NCBI GenBank assembly: GCA_951406725.2
Contig: OX597815.1
Coordinates: forward strand, 74,400,001-74,464,000
DNA: 64,000 nucleotides
Source of the DNA: Octopus vulgaris
Lineage: Eukaryota
Direction of reading: 5' to 3'
Shown: piece by piece, positions 53,241 to 64,000 of the stretch
Layout of the letters: each line of letters begins with the position of its first letter
Position numbering within the stretch: position 1 is the stretch's first letter
The notes under the pieces: model-generated
Seen by the model: the letters and a program-made list of their open reading frames with translations, nothing else
Told to the model about the DNA's origin: nothing
Databases searched by the model: none
Made by a program: the position numbers and the translations under genes

Positions 53241-53402
53241 TATAGTAATAATAACAATAATCCTTGAATGAAATTTATATATATTCTAATGCATCGCTAC
53301 ACACATTTCCACAATGTTTAGACGTGATTTGTGGAAATGCATGTAGCGATGAATTAAAATATTTATAAATTCTACCCAAGGATTATTGTTATTATTACTA
53401 TA
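53241..53402. repeat. Foldback (palindromic) element, ~160 bp
   Basis: tatagtaataataacaataatccttg...catcgctaca..catttccacaa pairs with ttgtggaaatg..tgtagcgatg...caaggattattgttattattactata. Confidence 0.8.
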
Positions 53403-53541
53403 TTTATCTTACATTACATTGGTACAGCTTGGTGCAACCCCCAAAAATTTGCTTACCAATCAGCACCATTAGATTATAGCTGGCATAGTAGAATAGGAGC
53501 TTATTTGCATATTCAAAATGTTTCCTGTAAACAAATTTTAA

Positions 53542-53580
<39 letters not shown>

Positions 53581-53581
<1 letters not shown>

Positions 53582-54453
53582 AGGTTATGATGGGTAAATT
53601 GTCGCTATTTTATATTTTTAATTTCATGCATGTGCATTGTTTGTTTTTGATTTTGTTGCCTACATGCTATAGTAGGATTAGTTGGGCACTGTTGGTGAGA
53701 AAAACAACATCACAACACAATTCACTCTGCCAGAAATTCGGAAACAACATACTGTACTGCTTGGCATTTGTGCCAGAAGCTCCAATATGAACATTTCAGA
53801 GTGTTTGGGTGTCAATCTGAGGACATGTACTGAGAGAGATAATAATTAAACATCCAGTCAACATCATGGTGTTTGCAGTAATCACTAGTAATGGTGATAT
53901 TATGCCTCCATTTATCTTCCCACATGGCCTCAGACTCAATGCGGAGGCCTACATCAAATGCCTGGAGGAGGCTGTGCTGCCCTGGGTCAAGAGGATGACT
54001 GCTGAAAGACCCTATGTCTCGCAACAGGACTCTGCACTATGCCACACAAGCAGGAGAATCCAGTCATAGCTGTCAGACAATTTCTGAGACCACATCACCC
54101 TTAAAATCTGGCCACCTAACTCCCCAGATTGCAACTCCCTTGATTATTATGTGTGGGGCACAGTTGAGTGAGAGACCAACAAAACTCCTTGTGACACCAA
54201 AGATGAACTGAAGGCAAGGATTATGTCAGCATTCACCAACTTAAACAAGGAAACCGTCCAGAATAGTTGCAGGAGATTCCAAAGTCGTCTGAAGGCCATG
54301 GTTGAAGCCAATGGTGATTTTATTGAATAAATTTACTCTTTAGTATTTCAAGATATTTTTATGTAATTTTGGTAAATATATCCATTAAAATGAGTTGTCA
54401 GTGTTATTTTCATTTTTGCATAATTTAGATGACAGTTTATTCACAACATCCTG
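53581..54453 (+). mobile_element. Internally deleted maT-type (DD37D) Tc1/mariner element
   Basis: QQDSALCH...WPPNSPDCNSLDY with 37 residues between the last two Asp, counted through stop codons; degenerate CAGG...TAAAYTGTC TIRs; TA on the left side. Confidence 0.85.
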
Positions 54454-55886
54454 TGTGTGTATATATAAACTTGAACAAATTTATCTGATTTTCTAAGCTG
54501 GCTTCACAACCTTTCCTGTGTTTGAGAATTCTTTTTTATTTTCTGTAGAATACTAACATAGTGTTCATAAGTTTAACAAAATGTTCTCACATTCAAAAAA
54601 CTATTACTTAGCATTATAAAAAGGTGGTACCTGTGGTCAGGGATCTCTTATTACTTAACAATATAGAGCACTCATCCAGAATTTGAGACGTGCAGAGTTC
54701 AATTCCCTATAAAGGCTTGATGGCCACTTTTTTCTGTGTTGTAAAGAAGTATTTCTTCAACTTTCTAAGTTGTCTTCACAACTTTCCTGCATTTGAGAAT
54801 TTCCTTTGTGTGGTAAGAAGCTTGCTTCCCAACCACATGGTCTTGGGTTCAGTCCCACTGTGTGGCACCTTGGGCAAGTGTCTTCTACTATAAGCCTCAG
54901 GCCAACCAAAGGCTTGTGAGTGGATTTGGTAGATAGAAAGTGAAAGAAGCCCATCATATATATGTGTGTGTGTGTTTGTGTCTGTGCTTGTCCCCCCCCC
55001 ACCACCACTGTTTGACAACTGATGTTGGTGTGTTTATGTCCCCATAACTTAGCGGTTTGACAAAATAGACTGATAGAATAAGTACTAAGTTTAAGAAACA
55101 AGTCCTGGGGTCGATTTGTTTGACTAAAAACCCTTCAAGGTGGTGCTCCAGCATGGCTGTAGTCAAATGACTGAAACAAGTAAAAGGATAACCATATATT
55201 TGTGTGTGTCTCTGTCTTGACATTGCACACTGTGTAAACAGATGACACTATCATACAAGCAATGTTGCTTATTTGCAATCTTTGGAGAAAATGTGCCTGG
55301 TCATTGTACTTTTCATCTTTCAAAAGCCTAGAACTTGTGTGGCATTGTTTCCTCATTATGTCTTTCAAAGCTAATTGTACCTGATACCTGAAACTACTGC
55401 CCTGCACAAGAATATTCAAGACCTCAATCACCCTCAAAACCTTCTAAGCACAAACAGCATCATCAACCAGCATGAAAAAAGCACCATCCAAATGTGACTG
55501 ATGCCAGTGCCCCTTAATTGGCTCCTGTGCTGGTGGCATGTAAAAAGCACTATCCAAATGTGATCAATGCCAGGCCTGCCTGACTGGCTCCTGTGCCAGT
55601 GGCACGTAAAAAGCACGGAGTGGTTGGCATTAGGAAGGGCATCCAGCTGTAGAAACATTGCCAGATCAGACTGGAGCCTGGTGCAGCTGCTGGCTCTCCA
55701 GACCTCAGTCAAACCGTCCAACTCATGCCAGCATGGAAAACGGACATCAAATGATGATGATGATGAAAAAACACCTGGAAGACATCAGTAGTTGAACCTT
55801 AGTACTTCATAGATAGTTATATAATTCATGCTGCTATAATTTCTTAAAAAAAAAATAAAAAAAAGAATCTTGTAATGTTAACTTAC

Positions 55887-56099
55887 TTGCAAAAGCTCAA
55901 GATCTGAGGAGTCTACATTGTAAGGGCTGAGCTCTGTCAACATTTCCCCCATCACACGGACATTTCCTTGGACTACATCAAGTTCACTCTTCAGTTTGTC
56001 CAACTGTTCATTTGTTGGGATAATGGACCCGCTAGACATGGTAACAGGAACCTGTTGTTGCTGTTGTTGTTGTTGCTGCTGTGGTGGTGTATTTGTAGG
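55887..56099 (-). CDS. TOM1L2: TOM1/TOM1L2-like protein, linker with polyQ plus start of GAT domain
   Basis: ttgcAG to GTAAGT, 213 nt, phase 0-0. EQLDKLKSELDVVQGNVRVMGEMLTELSP...SSDLELLQ matches the TOM1-family GAT start. Confidence 0.93.
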
Positions 56100-56413
56100 C
56101 TGCAACAGACAATTAAATGCTAAATACACTGGCTGTAATATCTCCTGTATTCTTTGTATACACATGAACTCTGTTTGCCTGTCTGTCTCTTTTTTTCAAG
56201 CAGTATGTAAAAACAAGGAAGGAGAGGAAGAGGAGTTGCTCATGTGATATCCTGGATCAATGGACGGAGGTATGTGAATCGAGTTCAGTTAATTTAGTTT
56301 GAAGAATTCTAAGTTAATGCAATACAAAAACATATCAGAAAAAATTTAATGAGGTCACAGTGGTTATCAGAACAAAAGCTTACATACATTTGGTGTGTGT
56401 GTTTGTGTGTGTT

Positions 56414-56587
<174 letters not shown>

Positions 56588-58000
56588 TGACATGAGAACT
56601 AAATTAGGGTTGGAATATTTAATTTCTTTTTTTAACCTGAAAAATGAAAATGTAAACCCTTTATGACTTTAGCAATGTTACAAAAATAAGGTTTCCAAGT
56701 GTGGTTGCTGAAGATGGTAATTAAGGAATATTATTTATTTCATCAGAATGGAAAATATTCATCCAGGAAATTAGTTGTTATGCAAAAAATTCTAGTGTTG
56801 TTCAATATTTACCATACTCTCAGGTGACGGAAGAAGTCAAAGATGGGGGTAAAAAGGAATCAGCAACATTTAAAAGGGAAGATGAAAGATCCTTAAAAGG
56901 CAATGGTGCTGACAGATAGAGGACATCCCGTTGAAGAAACTTCAAAGGGATTGTTAATATTCAACACTACAATCTCAGCTACACCATAGTTAAAAGAAAG
57001 AAACTGAGATTATTGAAGTTGCACAAGAAATAAATGAATAAATAAAATAAAAACATTGTCATCTGTGTTTGGTGTAAGAAGATAGTGACAGTTCAGATCA
57101 TTACACACACACACACACACACAGTGGATTAACTGGGTCTTCTGTTTCCACCTCTTACATCTTATTCAACTTGACTGATTGAACAAGTCACAAGAGATGC
57201 AACTTGAATTCCAAGTTCCAAGTCAATCCAATATATATAATTTAACTCTATCAACAGCACTGAGTCCTTCCAGCAGTGCGTGCCTGGTCTTATTTCAAAC
57301 AAACACAAACACATATTTCATTTGTTCAACTTCTTTTTTTCCATGCTAATATGACTTAGATGTACTCTGAAGCAAAATTTTTATGGCAGGATGCACTTCC
57401 TATTGCCAACTCTTATCTGTTTTTCAAGTGTATTTTTTTTTATTCCAGAGTAATTCAAAACAGCAGAACTAACAAACAACTTATTGATAGGAAAGTCAAC
57501 AAATATTAGTGGTTGCAGCCCATCCAAAAATGGCAACATCACTATCTTTAGTCACAGCTCATCAGAGATTAAATATTTACATATGGATACAATGATGGGT
57601 TTTTACCACTTTCTGTCTTCCTAATTCCCCTCACATGACAATAGTTGGCCTGAAGTCAAAGTTGAAGACACTTGCTCAAGGTACTGCATTGTGGAGCTGA
57701 ACCAGAGGCTGTGTGATTGGAAAGTGAATTTCTTAACTATACAAATATTTCTATTCAACTGCCATCACTAAAATGTCACTGACTATTTCAAGTCAATATT
57801 CTGTCTGCTCCACAACATAGTGCATACAATGAAAGAATCAAGTAGTCCATGGTAGATAGAAACAACTTTCAGGAACAATAATAGTTTATTGACATGGAAG
57901 GTTGTAGGATTTTCTCATATCGAAGTTTGATAAGCTAAAAAAAAGGTTTTTATACTTCATGGTAAGCAACTAAAGTTGCTATGAATGTGAATACAGATCC

Positions 58001-58321
58001 AAATTGAGGGAATGGAGCGGGTAAAATCCAGGCAACATGTTTCCTAGCTACCAGATCCTCGGAGGTAATAATTATTCAACAAGGGGCACTCTGCTAGCTA
58101 CTCATCAGACTGAAGATACCTTAGTTATATGAAGATTACATTGTCGTTAAGGAATCCCCAGTTAACTTGCTGGAGATATTTAGGATCCTTTAACGACAAT
58201 GCATCTTTGGCTTGATAAATAGCTAGCAGAGTACCCCTTGTTGAGTAATTATTGTTTCCAAGGAACTACTAGCTAGGAAAAAAATGTAGCCTAGAATTTA
58301 CCTACTCCGTTCCCTCAATTT
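58001..58321. mobile_element. Foldback MITE with ~150-bp inverted arms
   Basis: aaattgagggaa..ggtaaa..ttcctagcta..caacaaggggcactctgctagcta..cattgtcgttaa is mirrored in the right half. Confidence 0.85.
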
Positions 58322-58478
58322 ATATATATATATGATGATTAATGATAACCCTTGGATAGAATTTATAAATATTTCAATGCATTGCTACAGGCATTTCCAC
58401 AAATCAAGTTTCTCAAGATCATAGTCTGTATTCCTGGGATGATTACATATTCAAAACTTTCCTGTAAACGAACTTAAA

Positions 58479-58524
<46 letters not shown>

Positions 58525-58716
58525 TCTGTCAAATTCACTCACAGAGTTTTGGTCAGCTTGGTGCCATAGAAGGCACTTGACCAAGATGTAATGTAAGGAG
58601 GCTGAATTCAAAACCATTTGGTTGAGAAATGAACTTTTTCACCACAGTCATACCAGTACCTGCACACATATGCATCAACGTGTGTATGTGTGTGTGAGTG
58701 TTTGTGTATGTGTGTA

Positions 58717-59928
58717 TTGGGTCATCCCATAAATAATATTTTTTTTTTAATTGCATGAACTAAAGGTTAGATTGGGATGAGATAAACAACCTGTATCAAC
58801 TTGCTACAAAAGCAGGTAGTAATTTTACTTTGTACTTATTCTTAGTGCAAATCTTTAAGAGTGGGATTTGATTTTAACAGTTATTTTTTCAAAGCTATAA
58901 TGGAAGTGACAAAAAAACATGTTCGGTATATTTTGCTTTAAGAGTTCAATAAAGGCAACAGTGCAAGGAATATTAATGCAGTGTATGGGAACTGGATAAT
59001 AAGTGTAAGCCAGTGTCAACGATGGTTCCAGAAATTCCGAGCCAGAAACTACAACCTAAAAAACAAGCCTCATCCTAGAAGATCTGTAGAGCTCAACAAG
59101 GACATCCTGCAAAACTTGTAATTGTTGAGGAACTACCAGAGAAGCTTGGGTTTGGTCATTCAACCATTTATCAACACCTGCGTGCCATTGAAACAGTCAG
59201 CAAATTGGGTCGCTGGATTCCTCACAAACTTTCCAAGTCCAACCGTGCGTAGAGAGTGAATGTGTGCTTTTCTTTGCTGTCATGTCTCACAAATGAACTT
59301 TTTTTGGATCGAATAGTGATTGGTGACAAGAAATGGGTTCTCTATAAAAAAGTCAAGCGCCAAAGGGAGTAGGTAGGGTAAGGAGAAACACTGGCACCTC
59401 AGGACAAAGAAGGTCTTCACCAACATAAGGTGTTGTTATCTGTTTGAAGGGAGTCCACTTTGAACTTCTAAACTCAAACCAAATGATAACAAAGGAAATC
59501 TACTGTGAGCAGTTTGAGCGGCTTAAGTCAATGCTAGAAGAAAAACGACTATTTTTTGTTACAAAACGAAAGGTGTTCTTCCATCAGGATAATGCTTGGT
59601 CACATACGGGGATGACATTCCAAAGGCTAGAGCAGTTTGAATGGGGAAACAATGCCCCACCCACTATATTCACTGGACATTGCCCCATCTGATTATCATT
59701 TATTCTGCAGACTTCAAAATCATTTGGATGGGAAAAATATGAATTCTGTAGACGAGGTCAAAACAGTATTGGAGGTGTATTTTTGTCATGGACAAGTGAA
59801 TTTTGGAAGAGGGGCCTTGCAAAGTCTACCAGATAGATAGAAGAGTGTAGCAGAAAATGAAATTAAAGAAAATATATTTTACATTAAAAGAAGTATAAAA
59901 AAAATGCATTATTTATGGGATGATCCAA
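58717..59928 (+). mobile_element. Full-length decayed mariner (DD34D type), 1212 bp
   Basis: TA TSDs at 58715-16 and 59929-30; 21-bp TIR TTGG(G/A)TCATCCCATAAATAAT; ATG at 58900; motifs WIPHKL, GDKKW, HQDNA and YSLDIAPSDYHLF interrupted by stops and frameshifts. Confidence 0.93.
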
Positions 59929-61452
59929 TATATATGTATATATATGAAAGCATAAGTATGGTTGTATTGTCAAGAACTACATAATTTAGTGCTCATCCTC
60001 ACTGCATGGTGCTATCAGCTGTTACCCTCTATTCACACAAGCCTACTTTATGAGTGAGTTGGTTGAAGGAGACAAGCTTGTAACAGAAAGATTTGTAGCT
60101 AGAAAACTAGTGAAAACATCTCAGTATTCTTCTTTCCATAAAGAGAGAAATATATTAAAATGTGTTTGTATACACTGCACAATGAGGCTTTATAATTTTA
60201 AAAAACTGTAGGTATTACCTACACCAAATATTTCAAATTGTCCACAAAATAATGAAATTATTGTTCTTATATAGTTAAACTAGTTTTATAACAGTAACTA
60301 TGCATTATATGAGTATCAAAAGGTCTCCACTTTTGTATAAATTGTCACATTCATTTTAGCTGAATACATTGGCTAGTGTAGTTTGCAGTACATGCTACTG
60401 TTATTATTATTAACTATTCCTATCTGTCTAACTCCCATTGTAATCATGTTCATTTTAGTGAAAGGTATTCATTATCTACTTCCTCTTTTTAAAACAGCTA
60501 TTGTACACACATTTTTCTATCCTGGGGGTAAAAAACAAAACAAAACAAAACAATGTCAACTAATAAACAATGTTTTCAGAAGTCAGTATTATGCATATAA
60601 CAGCAAATTACAATGCTGGGCTTTATTAAGATAACCAGAGTGGTACCTCAGTACCATATCATTCTGCACTGAAATCCGAGTAGAGTAAAATTTGTCTTGT
60701 CCCTAGAATATATGCACACCCACACATGCATTACATTTGATTTACAATTGAGTAAAAAAAAAAGGAAAAATAATAAAATAGTAATTAAAGAAAATTGATA
60801 GTATAACAATATAATCACATAGTATAACATATAATCAAGGAATATGACTGTGTATTGTGAGAATGCATGCATGCACACACACACACACACACCACATTTT
60901 CTTGTGTACAAGTCAAATTTTCCAGATCAAATCTCAAAAAGGTAAGTTAACTTATACACCAAGACGATTTGCGAGGGCCAAATGTTCCATGTGAAATGCA
61001 GCAGGATTTGGGAAGTCAGTAATCTGGATGCTAAGGAGTTAAGCGCTAGACTTGATCTTCAAGTTCTTCAAGTCATATAAATGTATTACTTGGTTGTTAG
61101 GTATCTGCTTTTCGCTGATGGATGGTTTTTGCATCAAGCGTCAGCTTTTCAGTTTGTCAGCTGAAAGACTGCTTCATTTTGTCAAGTTGTTTACCTAACT
61201 AGCGTTAGATCATTCACACCTCTGCTCGCACAAGAAATGCAGTAATCATTGCAGTAAAAAGAGACTGTCAATTTGCACAGCATGGGCATATCACTTGGTT
61301 TTGCCCACATATACCATGTTGGATGCAAAAGTTCAGTGAGCTCCAACACATATCTCCAGCTTCTCATCAGTCACCATGCCCTGCCATAGGAGGCCGAGAA
61401 AGTGCCACCAGATGTCTTGACTAAAAGCATCAAACATTAAATGAGGATGATG

Positions 61453-61483
<31 letters not shown>

Positions 61484-61504
61484 TACACACACACACACAA
61501 ATAA

Positions 61505-61543
<39 letters not shown>

Positions 61544-64000
61544 TAGAAGAGAGAGAGAGAGAGAGAAAGCACAAGAAATTTCCAATGTTTATATATTCTG
61601 TATGTATCTGCAAGCACTTTGGGGTTTCCATATGCGTTTGAATAACTTTTCCAAACAAGTACAGCGATAATAAGAAAAAGTAATAGATGCATTTGCATTT
61701 CAATTAAAAGATATGAATTTAAATTATATGAATTCCCTGATAACCAGCAAATAAAAATGAAAATAACAACAACTTCAGCAAATGCAACACACACATATAG
61801 AAACACAAGGAAATAATAAAATACATGTTTATATCTGCTCTTTTCTAAAGTAACTAGGGCATAAAGCTCTACATAACTCATGAGTTATTGAAACACAAGC
61901 AAAGAGAAGAGAAACCAGTCATTTAAAATAAATCCGAGAAGAGACAGTGGTATTGATTTCTTCAAAGTTGATTCTGATGAGTTAAAACTAAATATAAAAA
62001 CAAAGCGCATCAGTCTGTTTAATAAGATTATGTCACTGATATTGAAACTAGAAAGTTATATTTAATTTTTTTTTGTTTTTACCTGGAAATTACATATTAT
62101 CCAGAATTAAGAAGTAATGGTTATTAGAAGACATAAATGAACAAGAAAAAATTAGCAAACATAGTTTGGGACCTGCAGCAGGTTAGGTCAGTTTGACTGA
62201 TAGAATTTTCTCTTCAGTTCTCCTTGCTTCCTCGTGCATATAGCAGCATGTATGAATATGTGTGTGTGAACATACATACATATGGATGTGTGTGTATGTG
62301 TACACACATATATGTACTTGTACTGATGCATGTGTGCTAATTTGGATTACAAATCCATTATCTATAGAGTTTGCACAGCTGGCCTTGTCTGAATAAAAAA
62401 CCTAAAATGAATAATTTTCTTTTTTTTATTGATAAAATATTAATGAAAACTGCAAAGAAAGCATTTGTTTTATTCTCCAAGGTGAGCAACATAACATATA
62501 TATGGTAACTGAGAAGACTGTATTATACAATATCAGTTTTAAAATTTTATAACAATATCTAGAACATTAACACAGACTTGTATAAGGTGAGATATTGCTT
62601 GTAAATGAAGTGCTACAGCATGTGATATTGGTGCAATTAATGTGAATCTTGAAGAACAAACTGATGGATACTGTGTGTGGGGAAGATGTGGCAGGGAAAT
62701 TCTATCAACAGAACAGTGGGTTTTAAATGAGGATTGCATGTACAGTTTGTAATGTGGTCAGGTTAGAAAGTAAAGAAAAGCATTTTTAAGAGGTGAGAAA
62801 GAGACAAGTGAGTACTACATACCTTTATGAAACAATATATGTCAAACTGACAAGTGTATAACCAGTAACAATAATAAAATGCAGGTGAAGAAATAAATTT
62901 TTTAATATTCAGGTTATGATTTAATGCTATTGTTGAATGTGTACAGTCAGCTCTGCTTGAACAGACATTATAATGTAGTAGAATATACCCAAATGGTTTT
63001 GTATCCTCATACATATGTTATGTATTAGTTCGATGAGAGGCCACAATGTATACTTTACCATACAATGAGTACTATTTCATTGTTCAATCACAGTCTGAAG
63101 GCATATTGTTGTAAGATTTAGATCTTACATCACAAGGTTTCAATTTCTAAAAGAGAATGAAATTCATAGCTTGAAGTTGGGAGCTGACTATTGCTGTGGG
63201 CTACTAGAGATGAGATGAATACAACCAACAGCTCCTTCATTTCTAAAATTATGGCCAAATAGTTAAAAGAGTATTAAAATGATTTAACTTGTGTTTTAAG
63301 AATATGATTTCTTCAACACAACTTTTAAAAGGATAGTCCTAAGTAATTCTTGCCTGTATGTCAAGTTAACAATGCATTCAAATATTAGGAGAACAATATG
63401 TGCATCCATCAATAAAAAAAATACATTAGTTGCTATTTTGTTGTTGTTTTCTTGTCTATAAAGGAAAAAAAGTTTGCCATTAGTGCTCAGTAAAAGAAAG
63501 TGTGCAGCTTATATGCTCAGGCTAAAAAAAAACAAAAACAACAAAACAACCCTTTTATATTTGGTAAAAATTAATAGCTTTATGAATATCTTCTTTAAAA
63601 AGCAATTCGGGTGTCCTTATGCTTACATTTTACTTTGCAGCTTCAGAAATTATTTGATAATGAAAATAATTTTAGCTTAGCAATTTATACATATTATGAG
63701 TAAGTTCTCTGGACCAAGCACAAAATCATTTTTGAAAGGAAAGTAATGGAATTGAATCAACTGAATATTATGAATAGCAGTATATTATTGGTAATATATT
63801 TTATTGATTTCAGATCGATGAAAAGTAAAATCAATTTTGAACTCTAGATGTACAATGATGACACTAAGCAGTAAACATTCAGTCTGTTAACAAATCACCA
63901 CCGTATGGTATCTTTTCCAGTTTATACTTTTTCCTACAAGAGAAACAAAATAGAATTGGTTATCTCAAGAAGGGGCAACCAACTCTGGTTCAGCACATCT

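Noticed and set aside
54491-54802. ~42-bp direct repeat (tttctaag..tcacaac..tttcctg..tttgagaatt)
   Set aside because: Short, diverged and sandwiched between TEs; probably repeat debris.
56824-56919. Plus-strand exon-like stretch VTEEVKDGGKKESATFKREDERSLKGNGADR*
   Set aside because: Isolated, antisense to the host gene, with no recognisable homology or partner exons.
61333-61881. 182-aa hydrophobic ORF
   Set aside because: Crosses (TA)n, (CA)n and (GA)n tracts; composition artefact.
62075-62110. Recursive-splice-like ttccAG|GTAAAA on minus
   Set aside because: Weak pyrimidine tract; expected by chance at this AT content.
63855-63890. C/D-box snoRNA (ATGATGA)
   Set aside because: Antisense to the host gene, with no suitably placed CTGA box or terminal stem.

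Overview
AT-rich animal genomic DNA dense in microsatellites and SINEs. The repeat families suggest an octopus (coleoid cephalopod); this is inferred from recalled repeat sequences, not from a search. Most ORFs in the supplied track are noise. Reading splice sites by hand gives two convergent multi-exon genes. (1) The last three coding exons of a FAM13A/B-like gene lie on + (1559-5618). (2) The 3' part of a TOM1/TOM1L2-like gene lies on - (56099 down to 26549): nine phase-consistent exons covering the GAT domain, LIDL clathrin-box-like motif, FDMFAQ, xxWL and the FDKFL...LFAL C-terminus, plus a likely 27-nt microexon. Its VHS exons were not found and probably lie beyond the window. Introns and intergenic DNA hold decayed mobile elements: a full-length mariner, a maT (DD37D) element, Tigger/pogo, a Helitron Rep fragment, three RTE-type LINE fragments, TTAA and (TA)n MITEs, foldback elements and head-to-tail SINE arrays. 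I cannot support a wholly new biological system. The best leads are an RTE LINE with twin-priming-type 5' inversion geometry nested in another repeat, a cluster of candidate microexons just before the TOM1 myosin-VI-binding exon, self-targeting SINE arrays, and long intronic hairpins that could be A-to-I editing substrates.
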